A DNA stretch of 60,331 bases from Cercozoa sp. M6MM (Eukaryota; Protista; Endomyxa: Ascetosporea). Positions 13,238-26,474 of this stretch are shown here, piece after piece. Made by a program: the position numbers and the translations under genes. The DNA lies in the NCBI GenBank assembly GCA_040357565.1, contig JBDODJ010000068.1; one strand, written 5' to 3'. The notes under the pieces were generated by a model that saw only the letters and a list, made by a program, of their open reading frames with translations, searched no databases and had not been told where the DNA came from. How positions within the stretch are numbered: the first letter of the stretch is position 1; each line of letters opens with the position of its first letter.

Positions 13238-14270
13238 CTAAAGAGGCGTCTTTCGTGGCGTTAACGTGCGTGCACAGACTTCGCGAAGCATCATCGGTAC
13301 CGAGTTTACATGGGAGTAGAGTGTCTCAGTACACAAACACCACTCAGTTCGAAACGCTTGGGTTTTGTCACCTGAAGTGCATACGCAACGATGCGACAGA
13401 ACATTGAGTCCGGATGCAGGAGTTCCTCGATGCTGAGTTTGCCGCCCTCCGTGACCGGTAGCAGCACTTGTGTACATATCTCAGGCAGTTCTTTGCAGAG
13501 GTACATTTGGTACCGACAACATGGTTGTAGAAGAACAAAAGTAAAGGCGGAGGATCGACGACAGGAGCTGCGACACCGTGACGTTGCGTGCCAGCATGAT
13601 GTCCGGATGATCCATCGGTAGTCAAACTCGGGTCTGCACACGTTTCCTCAAGCACAGACCTGCACTTTACGACTAAATCCTTTAGCTGAAGCAAACGCCA
13701 AAGTAAATTCTACCTGCAGGCATCGCACCAGGTCGCGCAGAGAAAGCTGCTTCGTTCACGAATGTGATTATTTTCTCGGTTGCATTTTGAAGCTTCGAAA
13801 TAAAACTTCACCACTACAACTTCAGTTCTTACTTGTACGCATTATCGACGCGCGAATCGTTCGATCCAGCGCCGATTGGATCCAGCATTTCGGTGCCAGG
13901 TTCGTCAAACAGATGGTATCGGCATCGACCCCGCCTCCAAAAGCCCAGCAATTGAGTTACCTCCAGCAGTGTAGTTAGTTCGAGAGTTTAGTGTATTAAA
14001 AAAACGTGGAGTTCAACTCATTGAACATTGATATCTCACTTAGTGAAGGCATCTCGTTCGATGCCTCGCGAATGTAGTTGTGTCCGTTCAACCGATTCGG
14101 CTAGCATATCGCCTTCCCAATAGGTCCATACTGTGCGTTCGATGTCGGCCTTTGATCGCTTCATGTGCTGCCGCAGTCGCATATGCAGCAGATCTTTTGC
14201 CTAGAAATACCGTCGGCTTACAGTGCTTTAGTTCCGCTCTATGCCTGGCCAGTACCTCAAGCAGCGACAT
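13238..14270 (-). CDS. Hypothetical gene or gene relic, paralogous to the 23.7-26.0 kb pseudogene
   Basis: ATG at 14270 (MSLLE|intron|AKDLLHMRLRQHMKRSKADIERT). Two blocks share nucleotide similarity with 23716-23786 and 25352-25456. Downstream exons are unclear. Confidence 0.35.
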
Positions 14271-14855
14271 TGGTGTAAAACTTAAAGCAGAAGTTCTCAA
14301 CGGGCACGATTCGAACCATCAAACTTAGCACTGCATAAATAACTGTACTGTCGGGGAGAAAGGGAAAAAACAAGGAAGCAACTGAAGTTGCTTTCAGTTT
14401 GAAGGAGTGTATGTTTTTGGGCAGTTCAAACACAACGCGATTTTACTCAAAAAGACGATTCCAGCTGCACGTGCCATTCTAGCGCTCCACTTTATCATAG
14501 CGACTCAGGACACGCGTGATCCTAGCACCCGTGTTCAAGTGGTGATTCCGCGTCACCTAGCGATGCTCGGAAAGCAAAGGAAGTGACAATTTTGTCGGCT
14601 TCGTGTTCCTCACCATTAATAAATTGGTATTTTTGAGACCGCGCGGACGTCGCGTTTCGGTTGTGGCAGACTGAACCGAACTGATCAATGCATTAGCTCT
14701 GGCAACTACAAAAGAAAGCGGTCGGGGGAGCCTGGCAGTTACTGTAAATTTGCTGGCCTGTCTGATCTCATCAGGTTGTGCGGTACGCACTGTCGTATTT
14801 TAACTGAACCGTTACTGTACGTTGATCGTTCGTAGCCACCGCTCGAGCAGCCTAA

Positions 14856-16255
14856 CTACTGAAGCGGCAGAGAAATGTCAGCGTCTCCGCCGTCTTCGCC
14901 ATCCGAGTCGTCCAGTTGCGGGTCGCCGTCATCGGCGACACTGTCAGGGACGTGCTCCTCTTCTTCATCGTCAGCCTCACCTTCTTCGTCGGTTTCATCT
15001 TCTTCATGCACCTCTTCTCCGGGATTTTCTTCGTCTTCAAGGTAGTCCTGCGGCATGGGGTTCGATGTGTCTACTACAGGTACGTGCGGCGCTTCTGCTA
15101 CAATGTCGACGTCCGTAGCAGTCGGTGGAAGCTCAGTGACAGGGTCCGGCAGGTCGTCGACTTCGAGTTCTTCCTCTTCGTCCTGAGGTTCGCCGGGTCC
15201 TGCTTCGAGAGTGTCGTCGTGCAGGAAGTCGTCCGTACTGCCTGCCAAAGGGGTCAGCAACGGCACGTCTGGCTCGACGATCTTGGTCTTTTTGGGTTCC
15301 TTTTCGTCCACGACAGGTGGCACCACGTCGATGTTCGGTATTTCTGCTGCTGTTCGTGACTGACCGAGACCTGTTTCGACCGGCATCTCTTCTTCAACTG
15401 GCGAAACTTGCGGAATTGGAGACACGGCGGGGCCGAAAGCTGGTGCCACAGGCAGCGTCTTTTGCATGGCATGCACGCTGTCCACCGATCGCGAGAGCGC
15501 ATTTATATTCCGATTGGCTTTGTTCACCGAAGTTTGCACAGTGCCCCAAGCGTCGTTCAGTTTCTTGACGACGTCTAAACTCCAAGTTCAGCCAAGCCTC
15601 GAGAATTTCAAATTTTGAACGTTAAAGACGTAACGTACCATGCAAACTATCCTGTGTCTTGACGTCGAGTTTGCTGACACTGTCAATCACGGCGTCGTGC
15701 TGTGTGCTCGAAAGAGTATCGACACGCAGCTGCAGTTCGTTCGTCGTGTGGAGCAAGTCTCGCACCCACAGGATCAGCAGCAATGCCGTGACGATATTCA
15801 ACGCGACCGAAATCACTAAACTCAGAAAACATTATCAATGAACTCAACTGTAGTACGAATATTGTTCGAGTCAAAATACCCAACAGAATTGACATGCAGC
15901 CGGTGTCATAGGTTTTTGTGTGAACCTCGATGGCAGCAGCGTGCGATTCAACAGTCTCTCGTCCAGGTTCCGACTCGACCTCGTCTTCGTCCTTGTCGTC
16001 GTTCACATTGACAAGCACGTCGTTTTCGTTGTTTGGGCTCGGAGTGTTCGGGCCATTCGTGAGTGCTTCTGTCTGCTGGGGTGCCAGTCCGTGTCTAAAT
16101 GGATAGGTTAAGCAAGTTAAAACAATCACAATTCGGGATTACCTCTTGCGTGCTTCTTCTAGCGAGAGCAGTTGCACGTTGCTCGCCAGAAGGGGCAAGT
16201 TGCGGTGCTGACTCGGAGCTACCGTCGTTCCAGCTCTGTCCCGATCGTCTTCCAT
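14856..16255 (-). CDS. Putative single-pass membrane protein with a coiled coil and a very acidic C-terminal tail
   Basis: Spliced MEDDRDRAG..; hydrophobic ISVALNIVTALLLILWV; heptad-like segment; D/E/P-rich last exon ending at 14856. Confidence 0.55.
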
Positions 16256-16766
16256 AAGGCTTGTCGAAAAGTGCGGTCAGTGCCACGCGACGCTACAACT
16301 GAAGGCACTCGCTCCAGCAACTTGCACGTACTAATAGAGGCACGAGGACCAGCGCGTGCCGTTGCCGTTGCATGCAAACTGATCGGACTTTTGCTGCTTT
16401 GATCGAAAGGCAGCTCGCATCTTTCACTTCAGAAATACAGAGCAGGTGCGCGCTAAGGGTCTTCAAGCTTCTTCGTTTAAGTAGCAGGACCGTTGCCGGG
16501 ATTTCGAAAGTCTTTCAAACGATAGAGTTTGACTCAAAATGACACTCGAGTAGGAAAAACGCTTCGCCCGGCTGCCCTCGTGCAAAATTAAAGAGCACGA
16601 ACACCTTCTTCCGAGAGTCCGAGACACTGCTGTCGGACTCATCTTCAAAACATTGCAATGTCGACTTGCATAACACTTGCGTCGTCGCCAATTGCAAAAC
16701 TCAAAGCTCGAGTGAGCGAAAGCTGCAGTTTTTTCTCGCAAGGTTGAAAAAAGCGAAACAGAAGAG

Positions 16767-19230
16767 ATGCAGTTTGTGGAGGCGCACTTCCCGAATGTCG
16801 TCGTTCGACTCATGCGGCGAGAGGACTTGCCACCCGAATTCTTGAGCCTCCAAAGCGTCGAATCAAGCACACGCCCGCCGGCGAGTGCACGTATGCAACG
16901 CATCATCGACGACGCGCAGCGTAAACCTCGTCGTCGCGAGGCAGAAGGTACCGCCGCGCCCAGTTAAATCCAAAAACACCAAAGTAACTTAACTCTGATG
17001 ATGTGAGGTAGGAGGATCGTCCGAAGTAAATTCGAGTGCCATCTTTGCCGAAGACGAAGAAGAAGGTGGAGCAGCTGAACGCGGCAGGCGAACAACGTCG
17101 ACATCGACGTCAACTTCGACCTCAAGCACGAGCGAAGCCGAAGAAAAAAAGGAAGAGGACCTCATGTCACCGGAACAACACCTTATTAGCGATTTGGGCG
17201 ATTGTATCGAACCCGCCGGATGGGATGATGTACAACTTCACTTGAACTACCCTCATTTCTGACTGCTCAGCTTTTCTGTAGTACCGAGCTTTCCTGGAAG
17301 CGTCGGGACGCTCGAGAGAAGCCGGACTGTCCGTCGGAAGACGTCGTCTTCTGCCGGTGCGAATAAAAGCGAAAGACGCTGTCCTCTTTTTGGCCAAGAA
17401 ACACGCAGTGCAAGATCTCGCTGTCTGGGAGGACACAGACACGAAGCTGCCATCGTCGAGTGCGACCTTCCACACGGCAGGCACGAATGCCTCCGAGGCG
17501 ATTGCCAACGACTTCCACCGACTCGGACTCGGTGACGACTTTGGTCGCTTCGCTGGTACTTTCTCGACTCATCTCGTTTGCTCGTTTGGTCAGTTGGAAC
17601 GTTGTTTTTCCAGTACTGGACACGCATGTGGCCTACGCGGCCGGCGAGAAGCAAGTGGCGGCACAGGCGATCGCTCAGGAAGCGATGCGCGGCCGGCGCG
17701 ATCGGTTCCGCGAGTCGATCAAGTCGCGGGTATGCTCAATGAGTACGTAGCTTTCAACACACACAGAGTAACTTATTGATTGTGCGAAGGTCATCGTGGC
17801 ACGTGTGCTGGAGCAAGTGCGCGGCGGTGCGCAACTCTCCTTTGACTATGTGACGCTAGTGGTGATCGCGAGCGTCATTGCCACCGTTGGTTTGGCTACA
17901 GACAGTGCAGTCACAGTGGTGGCATCGATGCTGGTGTCGCCCATCATGGGTCCCATCATGTCATTCACATTCGGATACCACGTGCGCGACTGGCGCATGG
18001 TCAAAGTCGGCATGCGAAACGAAGTGATCTCGCTGCTCATCATCATTGCCGTCGGCTTCATCGGCGGCATCTGCTTTGGGCCCTTCGCTGATGACTTTGT
18101 ACTCCTCTGTTTCTCTCCACAAGCGGCAGGAACAATGTGAGTACTCTGTTATTTTTTACTGGTAGAACTGGCCGACAGCAGAACAAAGCGGCCGTGGACA
18201 GTACCGCTCCTTGCTGACGGCCATCCCGGTTGCCTTCTTCTCGGGCATGGGTGTTGCCATGAGTATCCTCGGTGCCAATACGACGTCGCTAGTCGGTGTG
18301 GCTATCAGTGCTTCCCTGCTGCCGCCGTTCGCACTGACAGGCATGACCTTCGGCTACTCGATCTACCTGGCCGGCCGAGGCGATCCCGACAACAACAAGA
18401 TCGGCGACTGGCTCGAGACTGGTGGCTACTCGGCTGCACTGACCGGCATCAACATCATTCTGATCTACTTTGCTGCCATCATGACCTTCTACATCAAGGT
18501 TCCTGGGTTCTTACCTCCTGAGTTTGTCCTGTCTAAAGTCACTTGAAATGGCAGGAAGTGGCACCTGTGCCTAATAAGAGCGAGTTCTGGAAAACGCACA
18601 ATCGCTCCTTCCGCGACGGCGCTACCGGCAAAACACGCGAGCTTCGGTAGCCTTCACTATGTCTCATTTAGCCTTCAGTACTCTAACTCAAGTGCGTGTC
18701 ATTAGGGATTTATTCAACCGCACAAGCGCACTGGAGAAGGACCAACGACGCCAGCGCGCCAGTGTGATCGCCACGAGTGCTTTGCGACCCGAAGAACATC
18801 GCGCACTGCTCGTAGGCCTTTTTAAACGCCTGTTTTAATTGGGTACTGTCTTAACTTTTTGGACACTGCAGGACGAACTGGACCGCAACGTGCGCGAGAA
18901 CGAATGGAAAGCCACGCCTTCGCAGCGCCGCAAAGACGTTGCCGGTCTACTGGTGCGTTTCTAATTGACTCAAAAATGTGATAATCTTTCTAATACGCAT
19001 ACACAGCTGGACGAGCACGAATACGACCACGCGGAAGAAGTGCCAGTACACTTGCAAGCTGGTAAGTTTTGCTTTTGGCTTTTTGTTTCAGTCGAGCGCC
19101 AATGCAAAAATTGTTCCCTGCAGAAACTGCAGCCATCGGTCAGGCAAACGACCCAGAAACCGTGCGTGCTGCACGCGATCTGCGCCGTGTGTCGATGGCT
19201 GCCGCCCAAGGAACGCTCGAAGAAACTTGA
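16767..19230 (+). CDS. DUF389-domain membrane protein
   Basis: SFDYVTLVVIASVIATVGLATDSAVTVVASMLVSPIMGPI and SLVGVAISASLLPP are typical DUF389 motifs. The last exon ends ..GTLEET-TGA at 19230. Confidence 0.85.
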
Positions 19231-19465
19231 ACTGGACTGCTTTGCAGGACTGGCATAATGAGGCCCCAAGACACTTGAGCATGTCCTAAATACTATACAC
19301 ACATGGGCAAGTACTAACACTCTCCAAATAAGCCAGCTCTATTTATGTCTGGCTACAATACACTCCAAGTCAACAAAACGTGCTTTTTGTGCACCCTGCG
19401 TCGCTCTCATCCCACGCGGACCTCGCAGTGGTTTATTATTGTGTGTACGCACTCGATACACCACT

Positions 19466-22400
19466 ATGGGAGGCCGCAGACTGCAGAGGCGTGATCGCGC
19501 CGAGCCGTACATTATTTTATCTTTCGGGGCAAATGCGTTTCCGTGTGTTTGCTCACTGCGCTTTCGCATAGGCTGACGCTGCTCGAGCTGCGCAACTGCA
19601 TGAAACGCGACCCTTCTGCGTGGAAGGATGACCTGAAGCAGCGAAAGGCGCATTTCGACGCGCTGCTCGTATGTTCTCTTCGGAGTTTTATTTGTGCTTT
19701 TATTTATTGTATTTTTCAAAAATCAGGCTGTGTTCCGCGTGGATGGCGGTGGACTTGGTGAGTCGTCAGCAGCGTCAGTGGCAAGCGGTGATTCCGGCTC
19801 TCGGACGTCGAATTCGGCTCAGAGTGGTGGCACGACACATGGCAACCGGCGTGCACAACTCAAAGAATTCGCGGACTTGGTCGAGTTCATGGGCCACGTG
19901 GTTCCGTGCTACCCCACGTATTTTCACTTTTGCTTCTTCGTTTTTGCTGGAGAATTTGCGAAACATTGCTTTGCGAAGGGAACTGGCCGATGTGCCGACT
20001 CATTTGCTGGACATGCTGACGCACCACGCCGAGTCCCTGGAGCGGCATTTGCGTCGCACCATGGCGCAAGCGCTGATGCTGCTGCGCGCGCGTTCCTTCG
20101 TGTCGCTCCAAGTGGCGCTGCCGGTGTTTTTCTCGCTCTTTGGCCTCGATGACAAGGCACTTCGCAAGCTCGTGTTCGCTCACATCGGTACGCATCGTTA
20201 TTTCGCGAAAGTTATGCGATTGCTTTGTGAAAGTTTTAAAAAAAACTGAACGCTTGTGAAAGTTGCGAAAATCTGAAAGCTTTGTGCTAGCAGTGTGAAA
20301 GTGAGTGAAAGCTGTGTGAAAGTGAGTGAAAGCTGTGTGAAAGTGAGTGAAAGCTGTGTGAAAGTGAGTGAAAGCTGTGTGAAAGTGAGTGAAAGCTGTG
20401 TGAAAGTGAGTGAACGCTTTGGTGTGCGCTTGGTAGTGAGCGATCTGGCACGAATCTCGGCTCCGACCAAGGCGCGACAGAAGCGCAAGAACAAGCAGAA
20501 AAAAAAGGGCGCGATTCAGACGACGCCGGAGCGCGATTTCAAAGCGTGCCGCGTCTGGCTGTTCAAAGCTTTGCGACACGAGGAGTGCGACGTGCAGAAG
20601 AAGGCGCTGTCGGTGCTGGCCGAGTTGTTCCGTCGCAAGGCGCCGCAGTGGTACGACCCCAAGACTGTCAACGCCATCGCCGAGTCGTGCTGCTTCTCGC
20701 CGCACTCGCAGGTGCGATACGCTGCGCTCAAGTTCTTCCTCGGCGACGCTTCGCTTGCTGCCGAGGACGCCGATGCTCAGCGTGCGGTACTCGGAAAATT
20801 TCGAATCATAGCTTTTCACTTTCGAAGCAAAGCTTTCACTTCGGAGCAACACTTTTTATTTTCGATTGAAGCTTCTTGATTTTGAGCTGAAGCGTTCAAT
20901 GTTGAAGCAAAGCTTTTAGATTTCGAGTCGAAGGTTTTCTATTTCAAGCTGAAGCAGTTTCGTTTTGAGTCAAAGCTATTCGATTTCGAGTCATCGCTTT
21001 TCATTTTCAGAGCGAAGTCGAGCGACGACGCGCCGAGGTGAAGAAGCTGAAGCACACGATGCAGGCGGCCAAGAAGAAGGACCGGCGACAGAAGCAGATT
21101 GATCGTGCTCTCGATAAGCTTCAGAAACTCGAAGATGCCGAGTCGGCTTTGCTGGTGCGTTTCTGCTTTTTTCGCTTTTGCTTTTGCGAAATCGAGTGAT
21201 TGTTTTTGCTTTGCGAAACAGAGCGATTTCGCGGCGCTTCGGATGCTTTACGATCCGCAAAAGTTCTCCGAGCGTTTGCTGTCGCAGTTGCGAAAGTCGC
21301 GCGATGCTTTTGCGATGAAGCTGTTGGCGCTCGATGTGATCACGCGACTCGTTGGCGCGCACCAGCTCATGCTCTTCGACGTGTACTCGTACGCGCAGCA
21401 GTACCTCGAACCGCACCGACCCGACGGTATCGCTTTGCTTCTCACTTTGTTTCGAAGTACTTGCTTGCTTTCGCTTTGTTTCGAAAAGCTTCGTTTTGTT
21501 TCGAAGTACTCTCGCTTCGCTTTCACTTAATTTCAAGTGTTTCGCTTGATTTGGAAGTGCGTTGGCTTAATTTCGAAGTGCTTTCGCTGGGCTTTCGCAT
21601 AATTTCAAATCGCTTCGCTTTGCTTTGGCTTTGTTTCGAAATGTGTAAGCTTTGAGTTGAGTGTAGTGACCAAGGTGTTGGCGTGCGTGGTGCAGGCGAC
21701 GCACCGACTGGTGCCGCCGGAGGTGCTAACGACGCCTCTGCGAGTGCTGTCGGACGCTTTCGTGAGCGATCGCGCGTCGCCGGAGGCGGTGGCACTGGGA
21801 CTCAACACAGTGGCGGCGGTGGTGTCGCGTCAGCCTCTCGCGATCGACAAGGACCTGGCTGCCGATCTCGTCGAGTACACGCGCAACAAGAACAAGGGTG
21901 TCATGGCTGCTGCGCGCGGACTGCTTCACACGCTCCGACTGCAGCGACCGCAAGTTCTTCCGCGTCGCAGTACTGCTTTCTCTCTCTTGCTTCTTTGCTA
22001 TCTCAACAATATGGAGAGCTTGTGTAGTGCGAGGTGATCGACTCAACTTGGACGAAGAGAAGGACCTCATGTTTGGCCAATCGGAGCAACAAGCTGTCCC
22101 AGATGCCGATTTGCTACAACAGCTTCTCGAAGAAAAAGCACGCAAGGACAATGGCCACGGTAGCTACTTTCGCTCCTTGTGCGACGATTTCGAAATTTTT
22201 GCGCTTTGCCTTGAGATTTCGTAATTTTACGCGATGAAATTTCGAAATTTTACGCTTTGCGTTGATGAAATTTCGAAATTGCGCTGATGAAATTTCGAAA
22301 TTGCGCTGATGAAATTTCGAAATTGCGCTTTAATTTGCGCGTTTCTTTTGAGAGAAAAGTCGAAACTCGCGATTGGTTTGGTTGTGGCAGAAGTGGATGG

Positions 22401-22759
22401 AGAGGAAGCCGTCGTGCTCGACGAGAACGGCGTCGTGCATGTCGAGATCTCGAGTGATAGCGAGTCCGAAGGCGAGGCGAGCGAAGCCGCTTCGGGCGAC
22501 GAAGCTTTCGAACAAAGCGACGTCGAGGAAGAAGCTGAGGCAGGTGAGGACGAAGGCGAAGAAGAAGAAGGCGACGAGGAAGACGAAGAAGACGTCGAGG
22601 AACGACCGGCGAAGCGACGACGCGCCGGTTTGGTCAAGGACGCCGGCGAGGCCGCACGCAAGCGCGAGCAGGCCAAGAAGGTGCTGGCCACGCGCATGCT
22701 GACGCAGGAGGTGCTTCTACTCCATTTGTATCTAGTATATAGGTTAAGTGTATATTTCT

Positions 22760-22797
<38 letters not shown>

Positions 22798-22821
22798 AAT
22801 TTAATATTTATAATATCTAAG

Positions 22822-22860
<39 letters not shown>

Positions 22861-23390
22861 CATACCATATATCCATACCTATATATACATAATATATCTA
22901 AATATATATGTGAATACACTAGACGCGAGAATAAATCTACATGATATGTATGGTATGTATGGTGCAGGACTACGAGCGACTGCGACAGCTGCGCATGCAG
23001 CGTGCCGTGCAGAAACTCAAGCGGCAAGGCCACCGCGGCCACGTGGAGCTCGTGGACCGCGACCACGTGCAGCAGGAGGAGCACGAGCACGACGTGGCCG
23101 TGCAGGAGAACGCGCTGCGCAGCGAGGACTGGCACCGCCAACAAGCTGCACTGGCACGCGAGCAGCAGCGCCTGCACAAGAAGGACAAGGACCAGTGGGC
23201 TTCCAAGGAGGCCGGCGACACCAACATCGACAAGCTGCGTAACAAGGACTTCCGCATGGTGCAGCGCTCGCGACGCGTCGTCAACAAGCGCCGCCGCTCG
23301 CAGAAGTCGGCGCGACGCATCAAGGGACAGCACATCGAGAACCTCGCCACGGCCGGCAAGCGCGCACGCAAGCGCAAGGCTCGCGCCTAG
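19466..23390 (+). CDS. SDA1: SDA1 ribosome biogenesis (60S export) factor
   Basis: LLELRNCMKRDPSAWKDD, LVEFMGHVVPCYP, LRRTMAQALMLLR, ALRMLYDPQKFSERL, VQATHRLVPPE, KNKGVMAAARGL, LATRMLTQEDYERL and TNIDKLRNKDFRM. Confidence 0.9.
20293..20414 (+). repeat. Intronic minisatellite (GTGTGAAAGTGAGTGAAAGCT)x~5.8 in SDA1
   Basis: Perfect 21-bp tandem array with no spacers. Confidence 0.95.
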
Positions 23391-23720
23391 GCTTTGGCGT
23401 GCCTGGACCCACTCGCAGACGCCTCGGTTTCGACACTATCTCTGGATTTACGTTAGTTAGTTCGTTGAGTCTTCTAGGAAACCAAGTATGTAGTTCCCCT
23501 GCACCAGTCCGGGGTGGTTCGCAAGAGCATGGCCGTGCCCGGTTAGGTTGGGACCGTACAACTCCCCTTTTGATGCAATTTTACGCTAGTCGCAGCGTTC
23601 GCTTTTCGTTCCGTTCACGTTATGGCGGCTACGCTAGCGCAGTAGACTAGTTTAGTCGGCGGGAGATACCAAACAGTTTTGGCCCGTTTCTGCGAGATAC
23701 AGATTCGCCATTAACCACCA

Positions 23721-25993
23721 ATGTCGCTGCTTGAGGTGCTGTCAGCACCGACGGTATTTATAGGCATGCAGCACATCAAAGGCCGATGGTGTACGTGTAT
23801 TGTCACTCGCCCAAGAATTTCGTTTAAATGTATCAAAGGCTGACTGTTTGCTGGATCAGTTTGTTCCACGCGGAAAGCCGAATACGGGATATTTTTGGCA
23901 CTTGGGCTGTAACTTGCAGTTAGTGACCTCACTTTTTGCCATGTTCGTGCAGGAGTCAGTTTTAGTTCGATGTGCGGCATCGGCTGAGCAAGGTGCGAGA
24001 GAGGCGCTTTTTCGTGTTTTGTGGCTTCCAAGCTTGCGGTTTTCGTTTCAGCTTCCTCAGTTGACTCGTTATAATGCAATCTGGTTCTAGCCCACCGTTG
24101 GAGCCGCCTCAAAACGACGCCGTACGATGCCTGGACTTTCCGGAGAAAAGGTGCCGCTACGTGAAGTTTGAGTTCGTGCTGCTCGTGCTTGAAACACGTT
24201 GTCTATGCGATCAATCCCACTGGCACAGAACCGCAGAGATGCCGCCGCAGCCGTCGCTGGCTCGGGTTAGCCGAGTCAACGGGCATTCGGATTATGCCAC
24301 AGCTCTCGAAGCAGCAATGGTAGATCTAACCCCACAGGTGATCTGCTGCGCTTATTAGCACACATTCTCTGCTTTGCGTTGCAGCACGACCAAGCTGTAC
24401 CGATGAAGCTGGGTAACGGGCCTGTTTCTTTCGCTGTGGCACGTTCAGTCGCGCCTGCGCGAGCTGTCTGCCGCCCTGCAGCTCGACGAGTAACACCGAC
24501 TGCTCGTCGCCCTTGTCGAAGAGAGCCGACAGCGAGCCGACGACTTGCGGAGGCAAGGCGTTCGAAAGGGAGATCAGGCCACATTTGACCGAGGGCAGCT
24601 GGCCGAAGCACCGCAGCGCACGTTGGATCGTGAACTCGGGTGACGACACCCAGCCAGGTCCCCTGGCCTGCCGCTCGACAAGAAGCTCACCTGGTTCTTG
24701 GGAGCGCTGCGTGAGTCCGCGTGTGTCGCCGTGACAACCCCGAACACGCCGCGCCAGCCGGAATTCGGACGCAGCCTGCAGCCGGAACGGCGCACTTTCA
24801 AAACGAGAGCAGCTGCGTTTCTTCTGGCGGTGTCGAAGGTAAAGCATGTATGACGTATGGGTAAATTGACTTCACTATAAATGAATTTATTGTGTCGTAG
24901 GATTGGCAGTTCAAGGTGCCTGCCCTGACGCGCATCGGTCGCAGCCTGCAGTCGCAGGTGAGTGCCTTGCTGCTCTCGAAGGTGGCCAAGCTTCTGCCCA
25001 GCATGGACTTCCGCGTCACGGAGGGGGACGCGACGGCCGTGATCAAGCTAGGCTGCCTGTAAATGCAGCGGCGGCGCCTCCTTACCGTCGAGCACCGGTT
25101 GAAGCAACAGGGTCCGCAGCTTTGCCTGTCGAGCAAGCACGGTGCGCTGCCGTGTGAGCTGTGCGGCAAGATTGTCACCAACCTGGCGTCCCACGCATGC
25201 ACCCACCGCTCGACTCAGTCTCCTCTCGCGGCGGTAAAACTGTACATATAACCTGTTTCAACGACAATTCCGAATTCTAACAGAGCACCTTCGCTGCCCA
25301 GCGACCGTGGTGCTACTGCCCGGAAACTGTGTGCAAGTACAAGACACTGGTGATGCCTTCGCTAAGTGAGATCTCTATGTTCAATGACTTGAACACCACG
25401 TTTTTTTAATACTAAACTCTCGAACTAACTAAACCAGCTGTAGGTAACTCAATAGCTTCACTGCTTTCCCATGTGTCTCAGTCATACCAAGTTTATAGCT
25501 CTATGCTTTTAAGGGACAAGACAGTTTTTGTTTCCAGGACATGACACACAAGAAATGCGCAGTTAGGCTGCCGCAAGCGGAGCGCCTTGGACCTGCACCC
25601 GGAGGACGCGCCCCGGACTGCGACCTGCATCCACGCCCTCTCTGACGATGGTGACACATCCGAGTCAACCGATTGGGCTGGGTACCTAGAGGACTGTTAT
25701 GGCGACTGCGACATGGAAGTTGACGGTGACGACGACACTAGCATCGATTCGTTGATGACCGAGACCAAGTGGGATTTGAAAACCAACACGATCTTGATGC
25801 AACGGCCGCTTTGACGCAGCTGAGTCACGCGTGCGTGCGACACAACCGACTGCTCCAGAAGGCACTACAGAACATTGTGCAAGCACGCACCTACGTCGAC
25901 ACCGTGACACACTTTGAACGCAGCATGCTCGGTCATGTCCTTAGTGGTCGAGTGCTGCATGTTTGCGTCCAGTCCCGAAGTTTTTACGTATGA
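23721..25993 (+). pseudogene. Probable pseudogene of a Cys/His-containing protein; paralog of the 13.2-14.3 kb locus
   Basis: Coding-like frames are interrupted by in-frame stops at 24491 (TAA), 24641 (TGA) and 25060 (TAA). There are deletions relative to the paralog near the start, and a CELC..H..H-like segment at ~25150-25205. Confidence 0.5.
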
Positions 25994-26474
25994 CTGTGTT
26001 AGAGGCGAGCGAGCCGGTGGAAGGAGTTGTCACCACACCGACCAGTTTCCATGCCGGCCTCGTTAATACTCCCATCACTTGCTGACAAGTTTAGCCGCCT
26101 CGCATCCCGCAAAGCAGCAGCAGCGACAGCACTTTCGCGCGCCGCCGCCTGTCGTGCACGCCTATGCGAACCTTGGGCCACCCAGCGTGATGACCGACAC
26201 GAGTGTCCAAGAACTCAACGCTCCCCTCAGATCTAGAGCGAAACCACGAGTAATGCAACACCGCTGTTTCCGCACATTGTGCGTCTCAATCCTTACAACC
26301 GCGTCCACAATCGGCATATGTTTTGACCACGCGACGAATCGGTGATCTTCCCGAGCGAAAAGATTCGCGCAACTGAGGTCACTACACGATAACTGAAGGT
26401 AACAGGCCCGTCGTCGATCGATCAGCTTGTTGCCGCCTTTTAGTAATTAAGGTTTTGGGACAGCCTCCTCTCGT

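Noticed and set aside
14295-14330. GGTTCGAATC B-box / tRNA-like motif on the minus strand
   Set aside because: The flanks do not form a T-stem or cloverleaf.
20293-20414. Regular repeat array resembling CRISPR
   Set aside because: Head-to-tail 21-mers with no unique spacers, inside a spliceosomal intron, and no cas genes.
23490-23660. Possible structured ncRNA downstream of SDA1 (short hairpins, T-run)
   Set aside because: No convincing snRNA, SRP, 5S or ribozyme consensus by eye; an Infernal/Rfam scan would be needed.
26090-26235. Minus-strand frame ending LLLCGMRGG-stop (ubiquitin-like tail)
   Set aside because: No in-frame start or supportable upstream exon, and no other ubiquitin-fold features.
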